Below are positions 27,292-37,783 of a stretch of 64,000 nucleotides of DNA, one piece after another. The DNA comes from Candidatus Culexmicrobium cathedralense (GTDB lineage: Archaea > Thermoproteota > Methanomethylicia > Culexarchaeales > Culexmicrobiaceae). The stretch is from positions 64,001-128,000 of the forward strand of contig JANZKC010000002.1 of NCBI GenBank assembly GCA_025061115.1, in the 5' to 3' direction. Position 1 is the stretch's first letter, and every line of letters begins with the position of its first letter. The notes beneath the pieces were generated by a model. It did no database searches, was not told where the DNA came from, and worked only from the letters and a program-made list of their open reading frames with translations. The position numbers and the translations under genes are program-made.

Positions 27292-27544
27292 ACTCTTTAA
27301 TCCTCCTATACTCCTTCAAAAACTCATACCCCCTCTCAGTTAGAACGAAGATAGTCTTGCCGCTCTCTTCCATTTCACGTAGGAGTTTAGCTTCACTAAG
27401 TTCTTTCAAGTATCTAGTTAATCTGTCATAGGATAAGTTTGCTCCATAGAGTATTCTAGTAATTCCCGCTCTTCCGCCTTCATCTCTAATGGTCTTCAAT
27501 ATATCTGCCATTATTTGCAGCCTCGACCTATACTTTTTCTTCAT
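27263..27544 (-). CDS. Winged-helix transcriptional regulator
   Basis: RSRLQIMADIL, TRILYGANLSY, LTERGYEFL. Confidence 0.88.
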   Translation of the reverse strand: MKKKYRSRLQIMADILKTIRDEGGRAGITRILYGANLSYDRLTRYLKELSEAKLLREMEESGKTIFVLTERGYEFLKEYRRIKEFAEAFGIKI

Positions 27545-28155
27545 TTCCCTCTACCCACGCGAATGAGCATTAGAAGCATGCAGAAGAATCCTATTAGTTG
27601 GATGAAGTGCCCTATAAGGTACATTTGATGAATCATTACTGAGAACATGAAGGTAATGTGACTAATTAGAAGTAGCGTGAATCCTGCAAAGATTAGTAGG
27701 CTATTAAGCCCTCTATTTTCAATAAAGTTCATGGCCGATTGAGCTGCCACGTAAATTAGAAGCGTCATTTGAATAAATTCGAAGTAGGGATTCATTATTA
27801 TGGGTGGAATGACTGCGGTTGCCAGTTCTCCTTCAACTTTTGATCTGGCTCGCTCAACATATGCTAACGTGAATAAAATATAAGCTATAGTTCTCATTAA
27901 GCCGTAAATTATGCTAATGGTGAATATGAGCGCTCTAACCCTAGGATCAAAATCCTTTAAAAGCAAAGCTATGTAGCTGGACGCAATAACCCTCGTAATC
28001 ATTCCAGCTCCTAAAACCGAAAATCCAAAGTACAGGTGCATTAGGCTCTTACTTTGAGTTAATTTGTAGGCTTTCATTGCGAAGTAGGCCACTGAAAAGC
28101 TTATTAACGCGCTAATTGTCTCCATGAATAGGTCGGCTCGAAATGCTGATGGCAA
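27541..28155 (-). CDS. Polytopic membrane protein coupled to the wHTH gene
   Basis: About 6 TM helices; ATGA overlap with the wHTH gene; TTG start after GGTGG. Confidence 0.75.
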   Translation of the reverse strand: MPSAFRADLFMETISALISFSVAYFAMKAYKLTQSKSLMHLYFGFSVLGAGMITRVIASSYIALLLKDFDPRVRALIFTISIIYGLMRTIAYILFTLAYVERARSKVEGELATAVIPPIIMNPYFEFIQMTLLIYVAAQSAMNFIENRGLNSLLIFAGFTLLLISHITFMFSVMIHQMYLIGHFIQLIGFFCMLLMLIRVGRGK

Positions 28156-28251
28156 TATTCCACCGCCAGCGCCTAGCCATCATGCTGACATAGTAATGTA
28201 CGATTCGTATAGACGATTAATGCTTCACTAATATATATAGTCTTTATCAAG

Positions 28252-28797
28252 TTGATTTCGGTGATTAGCATGCTAAAAAGCAGATATGTAAAATTTGGAT
28301 TGGCTGCACTTATAGTTCTAGCAGTTTTTGCAGTACTAGCATTTCAGTCGACAGCAACTGCCCAGGAAGTTCAGGATTGCAAGCGCGCAGGATGGAAAGC
28401 TCGAGGCATTGCAATAATCAGGAATGAAAACGAAACCATTAAGCGTAGAATTATGCTGGGAATAGCCTTTAAAGCTCATGCAACGAATAGGACTATTAGG
28501 CTTCACGCCATCAAAGGCGCCATTAAGATTGGAGACGTCAAATACAATATCACTGAGGCAGCGGGAGTTATTGGACGTATTCACCACGTTGGAGAGTACT
28601 ACGCTGGATTGATGATGGTTAAAGGAACAGCCGTCAGCCAGTCTGGTGAGAAGTTTACATTTAGGCTATTTGGAAGAGTAATCTACGTGGATGGGAAGAA
28701 GCTGGCTTTCACTGCGATTACTGGCTCCATTTGGGGCGAACCAGGGAAGTGCTTTTTGGTCCTAGAAGGACTGATTAAGCTAGTCAACGCTAAGTGA
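28252..28797 (+). CDS. Secreted hypothetical protein
   Basis: Signal peptide (ATA-Q), beta-rich body, NET/NRT/NIT sequons. Confidence 0.7.
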   Translation: MISVISMLKSRYVKFGLAALIVLAVFAVLAFQSTATAQEVQDCKRAGWKARGIAIIRNENETIKRRIMLGIAFKAHATNRTIRLHAIKGAIKIGDVKYNITEAAGVIGRIHHVGEYYAGLMMVKGTAVSQSGEKFTFRLFGRVIYVDGKKLAFTAITGSIWGEPGKCFLVLEGLIKLVNAK

Positions 28798-28804
28798 CTT
28801 AGCT

Positions 28805-29128
28805 CTAATACTCAATTTTTTTAAGTTCGAGCAGCCATTTCAATGGGATGTCCTGCCACCGGCCATCAGGGCTTCTTCTCCTAATAGTTATGGGAAGAAT
28901 GCCCATTTCCAACTCCATTTCAGCTATTGTTAGGGGATCTTCAATGTCCTCCGGAATGTCTATTAAAACTGGAGCGCCCATAGATATTTGAAGCGCTCTA
29001 GCCCCAATAATTCTAGCTCGCTCATACCTCGTTAGCTTGGGCGGTCCAATCAATATCTTCATTTCTAATTCGGATTCACCTCTTTCAGTAATGCTTTTTT
29101 GAGCTGATGAGCTTTCATCTGACTTCAT
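28805..29128 (-). CDS. rpoK: DNA-directed RNA polymerase subunit K (Rpo6)
   Basis: [29 protein letters not shown]. Confidence 0.96.
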   Translation of the reverse strand: MKSDESSSAQKSITERGESELEMKILIGPPKLTRYERARIIGARALQISMGAPVLIDIPEDIEDPLTIAEMELEMGILPITIRRRSPDGRWQDIPLKWLLELKKIEY

Positions 29129-29283
29129 ACAAATTCCTCCAACCTATTAATCCACCCATATGAGAGTAATTGACACAGGACGCCCGCACATATACCAGTA
29201 AATCTAGGCTTTGAATTAATTTGATACAAATATATAATATTTTGCTTTAACCTAATTAACTGTTAAGTGGCGGTGAATTAAAG

Positions 29284-29481
29284 TTGAATGAGCGGAGCGA
29301 GCTTTACCCCTTCAAGTGGTCTTTAATACTTTTATCCTCAATTTCACTCCTCCTTCTCTTCCTGAGACTTTTTGATAAGCAGTTTTTCCAACTTGACTTT
29401 GAACTTTTTCTTTTCCACATTCCAGCAATCCTATCGGTGATCGTATACGTCTACCTATTCATCAGAAGTAGGTTTAGCTAA
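29284..29481 (+). CDS. Small two-TM hypothetical protein
   Basis: 65-aa hydrophobic ORF; GGTGA SD upstream. Confidence 0.45.
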   Translation: MNERSELYPFKWSLILLSSISLLLLFLRLFDKQFFQLDFELFLFHIPAILSVIVYVYLFIRSRFS

Positions 29482-29486
29482 TAATG

Positions 29487-30638
29487 CTAATAATAATCGC
29501 CTAACAAATGCATATTTCCAATGCTCACATTTTCCAATCCAGCACGCTTAGCTGCCTTTAAGCACTCCAACGCGTGTTTTTTGCTTGTTGGAGGCAGATC
29601 CCTCATCATGTATGCACCGTAAAATGCGAGCAGCGTATATGGAATTTCAGGGCATATATCTGCTAGAAATCCAGCGATATTTTCAACTTCCTCTGCATCC
29701 ACATAGCCGGGCACGAGCAAAGTGCTTGCAATTAGAAGTGGAGGATTCCTCCTTTCATTAATTCTCTTTCCAAGCATTTTGAAGTTTTCATACACCGGCT
29801 TGTTCGTCACTCCGCACAGAGCAATGTAAATGTTCTCATTCCAAGCTTTCAAGTCGAACTTAACGTTTCCACCGCTTATCAATGAAAGTTCAAATGCTTT
29901 TTCAGCCAACTTCGGATTCATTAAACCATTGGTTTCCCAGCAAATTCTCATTATTCCATTCCAATTCCTTGACTTCTCAATGGCTAGCTCACTTACCTTT
30001 AATGCGTGCAGCATTTGAGGCGATGGATCTCCCCCGAAAAAGCATATGCATGAAACTTTTCTATTCACTTTCTCAACCAGATCATCAGCACTCACCAGAG
30101 GCGATAGCCTTAAAGTGAGCTCCCTATAGTGCCAGTTTTGGCAAAAAAGGCAGTCCAAGCTGCATGCTCCATAAAACACCGCCAAATTGTAATATCCATA
30201 CTCCGGGCCGGGACTATACGAGTATTTTGGATAACCAGTGCCAGTGCATCCAGGACACACCCAAGCTCCAACGCAATTTGTAGGTATTGGATCATAATAC
30301 CATTCAAGCAGCCCTTTACTTGGAGTACCTGCCAATCGCACCAATCGCCCATTTTCATTTTTCACCAAGCCACAAAACCCATAAGAATTTGGAGGTATAA
30401 TGCAGTTGTTTGCACAGGTTCCACACTTGATTCCCGGACCTTCAGGAGGCTTGCTTGGAAGCCCATACTGCCTTTTGCTCTTTTCATGCGATTTCAATGC
30501 TACTGGTAATGCTTCATCCGGCCTGTTAACTAGGCAGTCCTTGCACACGCCTATAGCGCTTGAAATCAACTTAGACTTCTTACCGCAAATTAAACACGTC
30601 TTATCTCGAGATGTTAACGAATTTATTATCCAGCGCAA
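29487..30638 (-). CDS. Radical SAM protein (PflA-like) with Cys-rich N-terminus
   Basis: CSLDCLFCQNW, FFGGDP, WETNG, FDLKA. Confidence 0.88.
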   Translation of the reverse strand: MRWIINSLTSRDKTCLICGKKSKLISSAIGVCKDCLVNRPDEALPVALKSHEKSKRQYGLPSKPPEGPGIKCGTCANNCIIPPNSYGFCGLVKNENGRLVRLAGTPSKGLLEWYYDPIPTNCVGAWVCPGCTGTGYPKYSYSPGPEYGYYNLAVFYGACSLDCLFCQNWHYRELTLRLSPLVSADDLVEKVNRKVSCICFFGGDPSPQMLHALKVSELAIEKSRNWNGIMRICWETNGLMNPKLAEKAFELSLISGGNVKFDLKAWNENIYIALCGVTNKPVYENFKMLGKRINERRNPPLLIASTLLVPGYVDAEEVENIAGFLADICPEIPYTLLAFYGAYMMRDLPPTSKKHALECLKAAKRAGLENVSIGNMHLLGDYY

Positions 30639-30647
30639 TTTAGCACC

Positions 30648-31160
30648 TCAAGCCTCCCTAGCCATTACGTAGGCATCTTCCCCATCTAGGTAGTATCCTG
30701 AGATTCTCTTCGCAATCCTGTAATTCAGTTTTTTGTACAAGTTTATTGCAGGGACATTGCTTACTCTAACTTCCAAGTAATATTCTGAAGCACCATACTC
30801 CTTCATAGCTTCCATGGCCTTTTTCATTAAAGCTTCCCCTATGCCTTTACGCCTATATTCCGGCAGCACGGCTATAGATATCACGTGCCCCTTCCTAGCT
30901 AGCCCAAATCTAAGATTTGAAAGTCCAAATTCGACCCTGCACATGATGTATCCAACTACTTCGCCATCAACTTCAGCTACTAGAAAAGCCTTTGGATACT
31001 CATAGTGGTGATGCATGAAAAATGCTGGAGAATAATTCTCAGGTAGGCACATCTTATTTATCCAAACCACCCTTTCAAGATCTAGTGGCTTGAACTCTCT
31101 TATAGCAAAATTGAATTCCGATTTCTTTTTCACAACATGCTCTTCCACGGTTTCTCCCAA
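30648..31160 (-). CDS. N-terminal protein acetyltransferase (Ard1/RimI, GNAT)
   Basis: CLPENY, GHVISIAVLPEYRRKGIG, LEVRVSN, YYLDGEDA. Confidence 0.92.
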   Translation of the reverse strand: MGETVEEHVVKKKSEFNFAIREFKPLDLERVVWINKMCLPENYSPAFFMHHHYEYPKAFLVAEVDGEVVGYIMCRVEFGLSNLRFGLARKGHVISIAVLPEYRRKGIGEALMKKAMEAMKEYGASEYYLEVRVSNVPAINLYKKLNYRIAKRISGYYLDGEDAYVMAREA

Positions 31161-31241
31161 CCTTTTCCATGCCCTTTAGCGATTATGAAAGAGAAATATT
31201 TTTAGCTTTAGCTTATAAGGTCTCTTGGAGTTGAAACTAGC

Positions 31242-32309
31242 TTGAGCGGGGAGCTTCAGCATTTAGACTTCATGGAAGTTGATCCCATAGTTAGAAGATT
31301 CTTTCCAATATTAGATTCATACGTTGAATTCGGCATTCCAACATTCATCCTAGCGCCAGATGCTGAAACGAAAAAACCTTTCCTGAAACTTTATTGGGCC
31401 TTGAGAGAGAAAAATTACATTCCAGTTTTAAGGAGAGTTAATGGCACATTAATGATTAAGGTTGTGCCTTACACTCCGAGGAAGAGGAGGAGCTACATAA
31501 TCTTCATAATATTACTTATAGCAACTCTAGGCACGCTAATCTATAGTGGTTGGAGCCAAGTTTCAAGCAGTGCATTCGACATTGTAGATCCCAGAAGAAA
31601 CATAGTTTTAAACGTCTTCCTCTATGTTGCCTGCTTCATGATCATTGCTGGCCTGCATGAAATGGGCCACAAAATTGCATGTGAATTTCATGGAGTTAAA
31701 TCCAGCCCTCCCTACTTCATACCTGGACCTATGGAAACTGGCGGCACTTTAGGAGCAGTAATAATTCAAGAATCCCCAGTGGTCAATCGAGATCAACTAT
31801 TTGACATTGGCATCAGCGGCCCAATATTAGGCTTCATCGCTGCAATATTTGTCTCCATTCTCGGCTTAAGACTATCATACCCAACTAGATACGCCATAGG
31901 CATTCCAATACCAAGTCCACTAATATTCGACTACTTGGTATCATTAGTTGTAAATCTTCCTCCGGGCTACATCCTCCTACTCCACCCAGTTGCCTTCGCA
32001 GGTTGGATAGGCTTTCTACTGACATTCCTAAACATCATGCCAATAGCTCAGCTAGATGGTGGACATATCGCTAGAGCTGTTTTTGGTGCAAAATATCATA
32101 GGCTAATCTCATACATTGCAGCTGCAGCCCTCTTTTTGATGGGCTATTACTTCATGGCAATCCTGGCAATCGCAATGCTTGCATATCGCGGCCACCCAGG
32201 CCCACTTGACGACGTTTCTCCTCTTAGTAGAAGCAGGAAGATTTTAGGCTTGCTACTTATTCCAAGCATTCTAGTGCTCTCAGCGACGATATGGATCATA
32301 CCATTATGA
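31242..32309 (+). CDS. Site-2 protease (M50)
   Basis: HEMGH, GISGP, NIMPIAQLDGGH. Confidence 0.92.
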   Translation: MSGELQHLDFMEVDPIVRRFFPILDSYVEFGIPTFILAPDAETKKPFLKLYWALREKNYIPVLRRVNGTLMIKVVPYTPRKRRSYIIFIILLIATLGTLIYSGWSQVSSSAFDIVDPRRNIVLNVFLYVACFMIIAGLHEMGHKIACEFHGVKSSPPYFIPGPMETGGTLGAVIIQESPVVNRDQLFDIGISGPILGFIAAIFVSILGLRLSYPTRYAIGIPIPSPLIFDYLVSLVVNLPPGYILLLHPVAFAGWIGFLLTFLNIMPIAQLDGGHIARAVFGAKYHRLISYIAAAALFLMGYYFMAILAIAMLAYRGHPGPLDDVSPLSRSRKILGLLLIPSILVLSATIWIIPL

Positions 32310-32439
32310 GCTAGAGGCTTACCAACCTATTTCAGCAAAATGAATTGCCAATGTATTGCTTCAAAACATCGGGACAATTATATGTGAAATTGCCGAAGAA
32401 AACATTATAAATCGAAAACTACAATCGTTTTAGCGGGTT

Positions 32440-33069
32440 TTGTTGAGCTGGCCTTCGAGGAAAAGCCAATTAGCTGAAGAGGCTGTTAAGATCCTATTCA
32501 AGAGGGGAGCCATTCTATTTGGCGAATTCACCTTAACTTCAGGCCTCAAAAGCCCATATTACATCGACTTAAGAGTGATTCCCAGCTATCCAGAAGACTT
32601 TGATAGAATCTGCACAATGTACGCTGAAATCATCGAAAATGAGTTTGAAAATGTGGATAAAATAGCTGGCGTACCAACTGCAGGAATACCCTTCGCAGCT
32701 CTAGTAGCATACAAGCTGAAAAAGCCGCTTATCTACGTGAGAAAGGAAGTTGAGCGAGCGCATGGTAGAGGCAAACTTGTGGAAGGCGTTTTGCATAGGG
32801 GAGAACGCGTAGTTCTAATTGACGACGTAGCGACTACCGGTGGAAGCTTAATTTTAACTGCAAAATCCGTCCACTCCTTCGGAGGCAAAGTTGCAGGCGC
32901 AGTTGTCCTAGTCGATAGGGAGCAAGGTGCCACCGAGAACTTGAAGAAGGCTGGGGTTGAACTCCACTATCTAATTAGGATCTCTGACGCTCCAAAGATA
33001 CTCCTAAGAAATGGGATGATAGACGAAGAAACGTATGAAAAGATGATGAAAATAGTAAAAAGACGTTAA
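32440..33069 (+). CDS. pyrE: Orotate phosphoribosyltransferase
   Basis: [36 protein letters not shown]. Confidence 0.93.
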   Translation: MLSWPSRKSQLAEEAVKILFKRGAILFGEFTLTSGLKSPYYIDLRVIPSYPEDFDRICTMYAEIIENEFENVDKIAGVPTAGIPFAALVAYKLKKPLIYVRKEVERAHGRGKLVEGVLHRGERVVLIDDVATTGGSLILTAKSVHSFGGKVAGAVVLVDREQGATENLKKAGVELHYLIRISDAPKILLRNGMIDEETYEKMMKIVKRR

Positions 33070-33620
33070 CGCTCATAGAATAAGCCTAACTGCTGCAATT
33101 TCTTATATATTTTGTTAACTGCAACGTATACTTCCTCTTCCTTTTTAGCTCCTGTGCAAACCATCTTGCCAGAGCTAAATAGCAATAGCACTACCTTTGG
33201 CTCACTCATCCTATAGATTAGTCCTGGAAATTGCTCTGGCTCATACATGACGTTTTCCAGTAGGAGCGCTGCCTTCTCAAGGTTAACACCTATCCCCAAA
33301 TTTGCTGATGCAACGATGTTTTGAATAGTAATTTTAGGCTTACCAACTATAACTATACCCTTAGACTTAAGGGTAGAAATTATTTTTTTAACTGCCCTTT
33401 TAACATCCTTCTCAGATTTAGCTCCCGTGCAAACCATCTTGCCAGAACTGAATATCAACGTTGCAGTTTTAGGTCTATTTAACCTAAAAACTAGGCCAGG
33501 AAACTGATCCGGATTGTAATCGACGTTTGGCACACTTCTAGTTATTGCCTCCAAGTCGATGTACTGGTCGAGAACCACGGAGGCTACTACGTTCTCAATT
33601 CTAACAGAGGGCTTGCGCAT
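33066..33620 (-). CDS. tbp: TATA-box binding protein
   Basis: Two repeats [22 protein letters not shown]. Confidence 0.98.
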   Translation of the reverse strand: MRKPSVRIENVVASVVLDQYIDLEAITRSVPNVDYNPDQFPGLVFRLNRPKTATLIFSSGKMVCTGAKSEKDVKRAVKKIISTLKSKGIVIVGKPKITIQNIVASANLGIGVNLEKAALLLENVMYEPEQFPGLIYRMSEPKVVLLLFSSGKMVCTGAKKEEEVYVAVNKIYKKLQQLGLFYER

Positions 33621-33680
33621 GGTATCTCCTCCTTCGCTCCATACTGTTTAACTAAGGCTTCCTTAATAATGTTCCTACGC

Positions 33681-34208
33681 TTACTCCTTCATAGCTAAAG
33701 CAATTACAATAGCCAAAATAACGATTATAGCAATAACGGGGATAGTCCATCCTTTAAGTGTTAAGCTTATTAGACCAATATACGGTATTCTCAAAAGAAC
33801 TTTTCCAATCACATTTTCAGCTGAAATCCAAAAAGGATCTGGAGCTTGATTAGCATCACCCTTAGTTCTAAAGAAAACCAATCCATCATTCCTTACCTTC
33901 TTATCGATTATCCTGTGAACCCAAGGCATACCTCTCCAGTAAGGTGAGGGAGGCTTAAAGACTATTATGTCCCCCACCTGCAACGACTCTGGATTCACTC
34001 CCCGAACTATAAGGATGTCCCCAACATTCAACGTTGGAATCATGCTTCCAGAAGCGACAACAACAAATGGCGTTTCAACTTGTAAAATGTATTTGGCTCC
34101 CAGCTGTATTCCCTGGGTTGCAGCAAATGCCAATATCAGCATCAATAGGTAGTTGAGGAATTCCTTGACAACTTTTCTTTCTCCACTGCTCTTGCTCACG
34201 CTGCTCAC
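33681..34208 (-). CDS. sec11: Signal peptidase I (Sec11 type)
   Basis: VASGSMIPTL, GDIIVF, VHRII, TKGDAN. Confidence 0.92.
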   Translation of the reverse strand: MSSVSKSSGERKVVKEFLNYLLMLILAFAATQGIQLGAKYILQVETPFVVVASGSMIPTLNVGDILIVRGVNPESLQVGDIIVFKPPSPYWRGMPWVHRIIDKKVRNDGLVFFRTKGDANQAPDPFWISAENVIGKVLLRIPYIGLISLTLKGWTIPVIAIIVILAIVIALAMKE

Positions 34209-34264
34209 GCTCGAAGACCAATATAACTTTTAAGTTTAAAATTTTACTCTTACTTGCGGAACTC

Positions 34265-34951
34265 ATGGATCCCGGTCAGCTAGCTAAAATGATAGATTTA
34301 ACTTTGCTTAAGCCAACAGCTACAGCTGAAGAAGTTAAAATGTTGTGTAAAGAAGCCAGAAAGTACGGTTTCATCTGCGTCGTAGTTCACAGCCACTATG
34401 TCCCATTAGCATGCAAATTACTTCAAGGAACCGAAATTAAAGTTGGGACTGTAGTAGGTTTTCCCTTCGGCGCAAATTTATCTGAAGTTAAAGCTTATGA
34501 AGCGAGAAGAGCTGTAGAGCTTGGCGCTTCTGAAATCGACATTGTCATCAACCCGGGTGCTCTTAAATCTAAAGATTTAGCTACCCTTGAATATGATATT
34601 AAAAGTGTAGTTGAGGAAGTTAAGAGTGTTAGAAGTGATGCCATAGTGAGGGTCATAATTGAAACTTGCTACCTTTCTGATGAGGAAAAGGTTGAAGCGT
34701 GCAGAGCAGTTGTTAATGGTGGAGCAGATTTCGTGAAAACTTCAACAGGATTTGGGAGCGGGGAAGCAACAGTTCGTGATGCGAGGCTAATTAGAAGCGT
34801 TGTTAGGCCGAAATTTGGAGTTAAAGCTACAGGCGGCATAAGGAATCTTGAAATTGCTCTTGCAATGATTGAGGCTTGCGTAAATAGAATAAGTGCAAGT
34901 GCTGGTGGTAAAATAGTTGGGGAGCTTATTGATAGGTCAGCGCTTACTTAA
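34265..34951 (+). CDS. deoC: Deoxyribose-phosphate aldolase
   Basis: TVVGFPFG, EIDIVIN, IIETCYL, FVKTSTGF, VKATGGIR. Confidence 0.88.
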   Translation: MDPGQLAKMIDLTLLKPTATAEEVKMLCKEARKYGFICVVVHSHYVPLACKLLQGTEIKVGTVVGFPFGANLSEVKAYEARRAVELGASEIDIVINPGALKSKDLATLEYDIKSVVEEVKSVRSDAIVRVIIETCYLSDEEKVEACRAVVNGGADFVKTSTGFGSGEATVRDARLIRSVVRPKFGVKATGGIRNLEIALAMIEACVNRISASAGGKIVGELIDRSALT

Positions 34952-37765
34952 AGTTCTCCACCGCAGGATGATCGATCTCACAAGGCTTGCAGTGTCATGA
35001 GCGTGCTTTTCAGGGTTTTCTCCATAGCTTTTCACTATCAATTTCAATTTAATTTCGCCTTTTTCATCTCTTTCAACTATGAATTGATTTGCTGAACTTG
35101 AAGCCCCCATGGTTCCCCTCCCCACGGAGTACCTGAACCTGATCGTGTTATCCTTGAACTTCACTCCCTCAACACCAAGCCAGCTCTTTAGCTTGTTGAA
35201 TACGAATTGCAGCATTTCATTGACTTCACTCTCATCAATCTTCACTGGTATAATGAATATCCAAGGCTCTCCATATCGCTTTGGCGCGATGTCCGCCTTC
35301 CACTTCATTAGCCTCGATGGAGTAACTATGACTGAAGATTTCAATGCAGGTATTGCACCTGCAATAGACGTGATTACTGCAATGCTAATTGTAGCTGTAG
35401 TCCAGCTAGCTGAAACCTTCGGATACACTTCTATTAGCATGTTTAGGAAATTGGCAATCCTGTAAAATGCGAGGCCCAGCAGGTATCCTAAGCCCCCAGC
35501 GACCACTCCTATTATTGACGCCTCAGCCGTAAATAGCATCGTTATGTGACTTGGATTTAAACCTAAAGCCGAGAGTGTAGCTACCTCTCTTCGCCTTTCA
35601 TAAACTGAAGATAACATTACTAAAGACACGTTTAAAACTGATATTGCTAGAGTTATCATGGCTTCCAGCCCTTTAACTTCGAGGTACGATCCATAAATGA
35701 ACTCCATGACTTGGCTATGCGCATAGGCCTTCGCCCGGTAATCCCCGGCTAGAGCTATCCTCTTTGCAATTGCTACTGCCTTATCATCATCCTCAATTTT
35801 CGCCGCCAATCTTACAGGTAGAGCCCCAAGCTTAGTTGCATCGCCCCACCACACGAAAATAATTTCACCTGCTTCGCAAGGAACTATTTCGATCGTCGGC
35901 TCCTCTTCTCCAACTATTTGCATTTTAAGCGGAGTGAGCTGTCTATCGTCAAAGTCTATGATTGATAAGGCGTCATCTGACACTATTCCCACCACAATTG
36001 CCTCGAGGTTGATGTTTGGCATGATGATTGTGCTGTTAATGTCTGCCTCCAAAGTGGAAGCCATGCTTTGAGTTAAAACAACTTCGCCAGAGGCCTCGAC
36101 GATTCTACCTCTAATTATCTTGGACTTGATCCTTGCAAATATTGGATCTCGACTATCTGAAAATGCCAACACTCCAAAGATGGGGGATCTCTGCTGGGCT
36201 TCAAGTGGATTTACAGCGTAATCTATGGGCTTTAGCTGAGGAGCGTTCATGTACTTAATTGAGATCCACTGCGCCTTTTCCCTTAAAGCAAACTTATCAA
36301 CGAAGTTCTGCTCCAGGGGTATGAATCGGTGAATTGAAATTGGAGGCAGAATCTTATCTACAACAATTCCAGTGAACCTTTCATCAGTGCGGTAAGCCTT
36401 CGCGGATAAGCCTTCCTCAATTGATATTGAGGTTAAAGCTACAAATCCCCCAGTAAGTACTAGAACTGATATTAAGGTAAGTAGAGTTCTCAGCTTTCTC
36501 CTCTTCAAATTTCTCTTAGCTATTGAGAATATCGAGACCAGCGCGCTCCAAAATGCGAGCTCCCCAGGCTCCTCCTTGATTTTCTGAGGTATTAATGTTA
36601 ATGCACTTGCAATCAACAGGGATCCTGCGCTCCACATGAGCAGCGAGCTTACATCTACAAGTCTACAGCCAGGGTAGAGCTCGTAGAACAAGTATATTGC
36701 TGCAGCATAGGCAATTGCAGCTGCAGAAATCTTGTAAAACCTTTTTTCAAATAATAGCTCTCCAATGGCAACTGAGGTTAGCGCTATAAGGACTGCAATG
36801 GATATAGATGAACTCACAGCCTCAGCAAATAATCCATTTACACCTGAAATCACGGAAGTTATCATGGCGTAAGCTTCTCTTAAGTCAACATAGCACGCAT
36901 CATACGCCTCAGCAGCCAGCTTTTCCTTTGAAGCTGCTATAAGCTCTTCTGCTCTGCTAATTTTAAGCCTATAAATTGCCATATAAAACCCACGTTCTTC
37001 AGCCTCTTCTACGGCTTTTATCGCCTTTTGAAGTATGAGCCTGACTTCACCCACGCTGAATTTGAGGGAAGCAGCCGGCAGGCTTAACGTCAATTCTTCA
37101 CCTTTTCTCAAAATTACGCTTTTCTCTGTTAAATTGAATTTTTTAGTTACCATTTCACGATCAACTATGAATGTTGCTTCTACAGTTACCATCACATTCA
37201 AGTTGGCGGGAACAATAATCGCATTCTTTGGCAGTCCAAGCGTTATCGCCTCCGTGAATGGAGCCCCAAATGTGCTTAAAATTTCGCCATCCCCATTCCA
37301 AGCAAATCCTTCCACCTCGTACGTTACGTACTTGGCTGGCTCAGCTGAGTCAGCTACCAATGCTTCACCTTCAAGAAGTATCGAAGCCCCTTCAATTAAG
37401 GTCAAATTTACATCGACATCTTTTTCGACTTCCACGTCGAGGTATGATATGGCATAGTCAAATCCTGGCGTCGAATTATAGTCGAGGACCGCATATATCC
37501 TGTAGCTGCCCTTTGAAACCTGAACTTCAAACGAACCATCAATGGACGTTTCAGTTTCAACATTTAACTTCCAGCTATTTGGTTTAATTTGCTTGAATAC
37601 GTATATTTTGACGTTGGGCAGTGGATTTCCATCTACATTGCGAACATGACCCCTCAATACATGTTGCTCCTCTCCTAAAACTTGAATTTGAGTAAGGAAG
37701 AGCATGACAGCTATTGAGAGGATTACCAGATTCTTCCAGCTTGCATTCATTTTACTTGTCTTCAC
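34937..37765 (-). CDS. FtsX/MacB-like ABC permease with large extracellular N-terminal domain
   Basis: Signal peptide, carboxypeptidase-regulatory-like domain, RNLKRRKLRTLLT, SVYERRREVATLSALG. Confidence 0.82.
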   Translation of the reverse strand: MKTSKMNASWKNLVILSIAVMLFLTQIQVLGEEQHVLRGHVRNVDGNPLPNVKIYVFKQIKPNSWKLNVETETSIDGSFEVQVSKGSYRIYAVLDYNSTPGFDYAISYLDVEVEKDVDVNLTLIEGASILLEGEALVADSAEPAKYVTYEVEGFAWNGDGEILSTFGAPFTEAITLGLPKNAIIVPANLNVMVTVEATFIVDREMVTKKFNLTEKSVILRKGEELTLSLPAASLKFSVGEVRLILQKAIKAVEEAEERGFYMAIYRLKISRAEELIAASKEKLAAEAYDACYVDLREAYAMITSVISGVNGLFAEAVSSSISIAVLIALTSVAIGELLFEKRFYKISAAAIAYAAAIYLFYELYPGCRLVDVSSLLMWSAGSLLIASALTLIPQKIKEEPGELAFWSALVSIFSIAKRNLKRRKLRTLLTLISVLVLTGGFVALTSISIEEGLSAKAYRTDERFTGIVVDKILPPISIHRFIPLEQNFVDKFALREKAQWISIKYMNAPQLKPIDYAVNPLEAQQRSPIFGVLAFSDSRDPIFARIKSKIIRGRIVEASGEVVLTQSMASTLEADINSTIIMPNINLEAIVVGIVSDDALSIIDFDDRQLTPLKMQIVGEEEPTIEIVPCEAGEIIFVWWGDATKLGALPVRLAAKIEDDDKAVAIAKRIALAGDYRAKAYAHSQVMEFIYGSYLEVKGLEAMITLAISVLNVSLVMLSSVYERRREVATLSALGLNPSHITMLFTAEASIIGVVAGGLGYLLGLAFYRIANFLNMLIEVYPKVSASWTTATISIAVITSIAGAIPALKSSVIVTPSRLMKWKADIAPKRYGEPWIFIIPVKIDESEVNEMLQFVFNKLKSWLGVEGVKFKDNTIRFRYSVGRGTMGASSSANQFIVERDEKGEIKLKLIVKSYGENPEKHAHDTASLVRSIILRWRTLSKR

Positions 37766-37783
37766 GTCTAATTATCGCCTCTT

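Noticed and set aside
29147-29200. MCGRPVS micro-ORF upstream of rpoK resembling RpoN
   Set aside because: Only 14 codons; similarity too short to exceed chance
34194-34211. Tandem GCTCACGCT repeat
   Set aside because: Two copies at the sec11 start; trivial slippage duplication
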